A stretch of 11,157 nucleotides of DNA from Fibrobacteria bacterium (GTDB lineage: Bacteria > Fibrobacterota > Fibrobacteria > UBA11236): NCBI GenBank assembly GCA_043732185.1, contig JAYTHY010000078.1, positions 1 to 11,157 on the forward strand. The letters run 5' to 3'. This document shows positions 7,365 to 11,157 of the stretch, one piece after another; within the stretch, counting starts at the first letter, position 1, and each line of letters begins with the position of its first letter. The translations under genes and the position numbers were made by a program. The notes below the pieces were generated by a model that made no database searches, was not told where the DNA came from, and worked only from the letters and a program-made list of their open reading frames with translations.

Positions 7365-9674
7365 ATGACTGCAAACATTCCTGAGTCCGACACAGGTCCT
7401 GTACAGGCGACAGTTCTTGTACCTGCTGCACGGAGTAAGGGCAAGGCCAGCTTTGGCGTAGAAGGCATGACATGCGCCAACTGTGTGGGCCGGGTGGAAC
7501 GATCGCTGCGCAAGGTGCCAGGCGTGAGCGAAGTCAGCGTGAACTTGGCTACCTCAAGAGCGGACGTTCGATTTGATCCGACTAAGGTCACAACTCAAAT
7601 ACTTTTTCAGCAGGTCAAAGACGCGGGTTATGTACCCGTGGTTCTCAAAACGGGCCAAGTGGAGCCAAGCGGTGAAATTGCCATACTTAAAAACGATTTG
7701 ATTCTGGCAACGGTTTTTGGAATTCCCTTGGTACTGCTCGCTATGGTACCCATGCTCCTTCCCGTCGCCATGGCTTTTCAGATGCGCCTCAATCCCTCGG
7801 AAGGCTTTTGGAATCTTATCCTGATGCTTTTGGCCACACCTGTAATGGTGGGTCCAGGTCGCCGATTCTTTAAGCGGGGTTGGAGTGCGCTCAAGGATTT
7901 GAGTCCTGATATGAACACGCTGGTGATGATCGGCACTGGCTCCGCCTACTTTTATAGTGCACTCGTCACTTTGGCGCCGGGATTATTTCCCGTCGGATCC
8001 CGACACGTTTATTTCGAAGCCTCGGCTGTGGTCATCGCACTGGTTCTACTGGGAAAATTTCTGGAAGCCAGAGCCAAAGGGAAAAGCGGCGAGGCGATCG
8101 GCAAACTTCTGAAACTGCGCCCTTCCACCGTAAAGGTCCTGCGGAAGGGTAAAGAGATTGAAATGGATGTGGGGGCATTGCTGGCCGGTGATGAAATAGC
8201 CGTGCGACCCGGTGAACGCATTCCCGCCGATGGAAGAGTGCATTCAGGGGAAAGTCGCGTCGATGAAAGCATGCTGACGGGCGAACCGGGCGCCAAGACC
8301 AAGCGGGTGGGTTATGCGGTGGTGGGAGGCACTTTGAATGTGGATGGGTTCTTTACTTTCCGCGCCGAAAAAGTAGGCGGGGATACGGTGCTGTCGCAAA
8401 TCATCCGTTTGGTTGAGGAAGCACAAAGCTCCAAGCCCCCGATACAGGATTTGGCCGACAAAGTCGTCTTGGTTTTCACGCCTATTGTTTTGCTTATTGC
8501 CACCATCACTTTTATCAGCTGGATGGTGCTGGGGCCAGCTCCGGCTTTATCTTCCGCCCTGATCCATGCTGTGGCGGTTTTGGTTGTGGCCTGTCCTTGT
8601 GCCATGGGTCTTGCCACGCCTACAGCCATCTTGGCGGGTACCGGCAAAGCCGCTGAACTGGGCATCTTTGTACGCCGGGGTTCAGCCTTGCAAATGTTGG
8701 CGGAAACGAAAATCATGGCCTTGGATAAAACCGGTACCTTGACGGAGGGACACCCCCAGGTTACCTCCTTCCAAGTGATGACGGGACAAGAACCAGAACA
8801 GGTTTTGCGATGGGCGGCGGCAATTGAGGCGCGCAGTGAGCATCCTTTGGCCAAGTCTTTGGTGGCGTATGCGAAATTGGGTGAAGCAAGAAGTACACCT
8901 GAAACTATGGTGGTTTCGGTGACGGCTTTTTTGGCTGAGCCCGGCATGGGCGTTTCGGGTGAAGTGAGTGGTCATAAAATCCGGGTCGGTTCACAGCGGT
9001 TTTTGGAGCCATTGGGACCGATGCCGCGTGAACTCGAAACGGAAGCGGCGCGCTTGTCCTCGATAGGGGCAGGCATGATTTGTATTGCCGTGGATGGGAT
9101 CTGGGCGGGATTGGCAGGCGTATCAGATCCGGTTAGACCAACGGCTGTGGAAGCCATTGGAGCGTTGCATAACATGGGCGTGGAAACGGTTCTGATCACA
9201 GGCGACCAGGAAGCCCCAGCGCGTGAGGTGGCCAAGGTTTTGGGTATTGCTGCGATAAGATCTGGAGTGCTGCCCCAAAATAAAGCGACAGCAGTGCAAG
9301 AACTCGGTGCCGATGCTTTTGTCGGAGACGGCATCAATGATGCACCTGCTTTGGCGGCGGCCAAGGTAGGGCTGGCCATGGGAAGTGGTGCCGATGTGGC
9401 CGTTGAAGCCGGCGATATCATCATCATTTCCGGAGACTTGCGGGTATTGCCGCGCGCGGTGCGTTTGGCCCGTCAGGTGATGCGTACCATCCGACTCAAT
9501 TTATTCTGGGCGTTTGGGTATAACGCGGTGCTGATTCCGGTGGCCGCGGGAATCTTGGAGCCTACTTTAGGCTTGAGTTTAAACCCCGTACTAGCAGGTG
9601 GGGCCATGGGCCTTTCCAGCGTATTCGTGATGGGAAACAGTCTTAGATTGAAACGATTTAGAGCCCGAAACTAA
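7365..9674 (+). CDS. copA: Copper(I)/silver-translocating P1B-1 type ATPase
   Basis: One N-terminal metal-binding domain GMTCANC, plus DMNTLV, YFEAS, TGEP, transmembrane CPC, phosphorylation site [15 protein letters not shown] and [10 protein letters not shown]. The P1B-1 signatures YN (AFGYN) and MxxSS (MGLSS) are present. SD GAGGA lies just upstream. Confidence 0.96.
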   Translation: MTANIPESDTGPVQATVLVPAARSKGKASFGVEGMTCANCVGRVERSLRKVPGVSEVSVNLATSRADVRFDPTKVTTQILFQQVKDAGYVPVVLKTGQVEPSGEIAILKNDLILATVFGIPLVLLAMVPMLLPVAMAFQMRLNPSEGFWNLILMLLATPVMVGPGRRFFKRGWSALKDLSPDMNTLVMIGTGSAYFYSALVTLAPGLFPVGSRHVYFEASAVVIALVLLGKFLEARAKGKSGEAIGKLLKLRPSTVKVLRKGKEIEMDVGALLAGDEIAVRPGERIPADGRVHSGESRVDESMLTGEPGAKTKRVGYAVVGGTLNVDGFFTFRAEKVGGDTVLSQIIRLVEEAQSSKPPIQDLADKVVLVFTPIVLLIATITFISWMVLGPAPALSSALIHAVAVLVVACPCAMGLATPTAILAGTGKAAELGIFVRRGSALQMLAETKIMALDKTGTLTEGHPQVTSFQVMTGQEPEQVLRWAAAIEARSEHPLAKSLVAYAKLGEARSTPETMVVSVTAFLAEPGMGVSGEVSGHKIRVGSQRFLEPLGPMPRELETEAARLSSIGAGMICIAVDGIWAGLAGVSDPVRPTAVEAIGALHNMGVETVLITGDQEAPAREVAKVLGIAAIRSGVLPQNKATAVQELGADAFVGDGINDAPALAAAKVGLAMGSGADVAVEAGDIIIISGDLRVLPRAVRLARQVMRTIRLNLFWAFGYNAVLIPVAAGILEPTLGLSLNPVLAGGAMGLSSVFVMGNSLRLKRFRARN

Positions 9675-10459
9675 TCGGGTACGCGTCCGATTGCCGCGTT
9701 CGCGCGCGCAGCATAGGTGATGTGTCCCGCAGCATCTGCTGGAAGGCGAGCACGCACGCGCTCTTTGAGAAGGGCTATCTGCTCGGGCTGCATGGCTGCC
9801 AGCTTGGCGGCTACACTCGGTCCCCCAAGAATCGTTTTCCAGTATTCGTCGAAATCCGTGAACGTGCGCTGCACCTTGATTTCCCGAGTTTCAACCGAAA
9901 TTAAACCTGCGCCCGCCCACAAACTTTGCAACACTTCGATGCGTGAGGCGTCTGGGCTTGGTGGCATCAGCACTATAACCCCCATCTCCCGCATTTCTTC
10001 CTGCAAGACAACGTAAGGGAATCCGCCACCAGGCAAATCCCAAGAATATGCAGCGACCCATCCACCCGGCCCAACCACCCGCGCCATTTCGGCAACTCCC
10101 TTGGGGGGTTCAGGTACAAAGAAAATCACCAGCGGCATGACAGCGACATCAAAGGCGTTGTCCTCGAAGGGTAGTGCCATGGCATCGCCCTGTCGAAAAT
10201 CTACGGCACGCAGCGCCGGTCGGGTGCGGGCAAAGGTTAGCTGTTCGGCAGAGGGATCTATCCCTGCGACTTGGCTGGGCGCACACCGGGCGACGAGCGT
10301 TTCGGTAAATGCACCGTTGCCGCATCCGACATCGAGCCAACGCAATCCTGACTTGGGATTCAGCCATTTTAGAAAGGCTTCACCCACCAGCTGGCTCCAT
10401 TTCCCCATGAATTGTTCGTATGCAGCGCCGTCGGTAAATTGGATTTGATTTTGTGTCAT
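9671..10459 (-). CDS. Class I SAM-dependent methyltransferase (Methyltransf_11/UbiE-like)
   Basis: Motif [17 protein letters not shown], motif [16 protein letters not shown], and [16 protein letters not shown] 4 nt before the ATG. Confidence 0.92.
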   Translation of the reverse strand: MTQNQIQFTDGAAYEQFMGKWSQLVGEAFLKWLNPKSGLRWLDVGCGNGAFTETLVARCAPSQVAGIDPSAEQLTFARTRPALRAVDFRQGDAMALPFEDNAFDVAVMPLVIFFVPEPPKGVAEMARVVGPGGWVAAYSWDLPGGGFPYVVLQEEMREMGVIVLMPPSPDASRIEVLQSLWAGAGLISVETREIKVQRTFTDFDEYWKTILGGPSVAAKLAAMQPEQIALLKERVRARLPADAAGHITYAARANAAIGRVPD

Positions 10460-10482
10460 AGTACTCCAATGTACAAAGGATT

Positions 10483-11157
10483 TTATCGGCCTTTGGGGTT
10501 TTTAATTCCGCGACCTCGCCACAAAAAGTACAATACAGGGTATACGGCCAGCTCCATTAGCACTGACGTAAACACCCCGCCCACCATGGGTGCCGCGATG
10601 CGCTTCATCACATCCGATCCGGTGCCGTGGCTCCATAAAATCGGAATCAGACCCGCCAAAATCACTGCGGCTGTCATAATCTTGGGGCGCACCCGCTGCA
10701 CGGCTCCGTGGTCGATGGCATTTTTAAGATCCTGCAAAGTGTTCATCAGTCCCTTGGATTTGGCGATTTCAAAAGCGCGGTCGAGATAGAGCAGCATCAC
10801 CACGCCCGTTTCTGCATCGAGTCCGGCCAAAGCGATAAGGCCCACCCACACGGCCACGCTCATATTATAACCGAGCAGATACAAGAGCCAAATGGCCCCG
10901 ACCAATGAGAAGGGGACGGCCAAGAGTACCATGGCGGTTTTGACCAAGGACTTGGTATTCAAAAACAGCAAGATGAAGATGAGGCATAAGGTGAGCGGGA
11001 TAACCACCCACATGCGTTTTTGTACGCGTTGCATGAATTCGAATTCCCCGCTCCATACCAGATTGTACCCGGCCGGCAGGATGAGATTGTCCCCGATGAT
11101 TTTTTGGGCGTCTTCGATGTAGGTGCCGATGTCGATGCCTCGGATGTCTACGAACAC
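10483..11157 (-). CDS. cusA: CusA/SilA-type heavy-metal efflux RND permease, C-terminal part (5'-truncated by window)
   Basis: WSGEFEFM, LLAVPFSLVGAIW, GLIALAGLDAETGVVMLLYL, GAVQRVRPKIMT and GTGSDVMKRIAAPMVGG match the last transmembrane helices of CusA, including the Glu and Lys positions of the proton relay. The periplasmic Met triad lies outside the window, so metal specificity is inferred. Confidence 0.9.
   Translation of the reverse strand: MFVDIRGIDIGTYIEDAQKIIGDNLILPAGYNLVWSGEFEFMQRVQKRMWVVIPLTLCLIFILLFLNTKSLVKTAMVLLAVPFSLVGAIWLLYLLGYNMSVAVWVGLIALAGLDAETGVVMLLYLDRAFEIAKSKGLMNTLQDLKNAIDHGAVQRVRPKIMTAAVILAGLIPILWSHGTGSDVMKRIAAPMVGGVFTSVLMELAVYPVLYFLWRGRGIKNPKGR

Noticed and set aside
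8009..9427. Antisense ORFs up to 211 aa inside copA
   Set aside because: Typical mirror frames of a GC-rich ATPase gene; no motifs or start context.
1..11157. CRISPR array, tRNA/rRNA, IS element, prophage or defence system
   Set aside because: No spaced direct repeats, transposase/integrase motifs or RNA-gene-sized gaps; the largest intergenic region is about 110 bp.

Overview
Gene-dense bacterial chromosomal window with nine coding regions and no RNA gene, CRISPR array or mobile element that I can see. In order: a 5'-truncated protein ending in an Xre/MbcA/ParS-like (DUF2384-type) domain (+); lepA/EF-4 (-); a tightly packed + strand run of a secreted cyclophilin, a 379-aa Lys/Ala/Pro-rich protein, an MltD-like SLT/LysM lytic transglycosylase, a DUF1624/HGSNAT-like membrane protein and the copper P1B-ATPase CopA; then, converging on it, a class I SAM methyltransferase and the 3' part of a CusA-type RND pump (-). 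The LepA sequence (ITIKSHAI) suggests an FCB-group host, possibly Fibrobacterota; this is inference from recall. The most interesting element is the 379-aa protein: a histone H1-like basic tail joined to a C-x2-C-x17-C-x2-C zinc finger with DksA/TraR spacing, preceded by an acidic helix carrying ExxExL rather than DxxDxA, and followed by an acidic tail whose codons also supply the Shine-Dalgarno/ATG starts for the next gene. All family calls come from motif recognition; no database searches were run.
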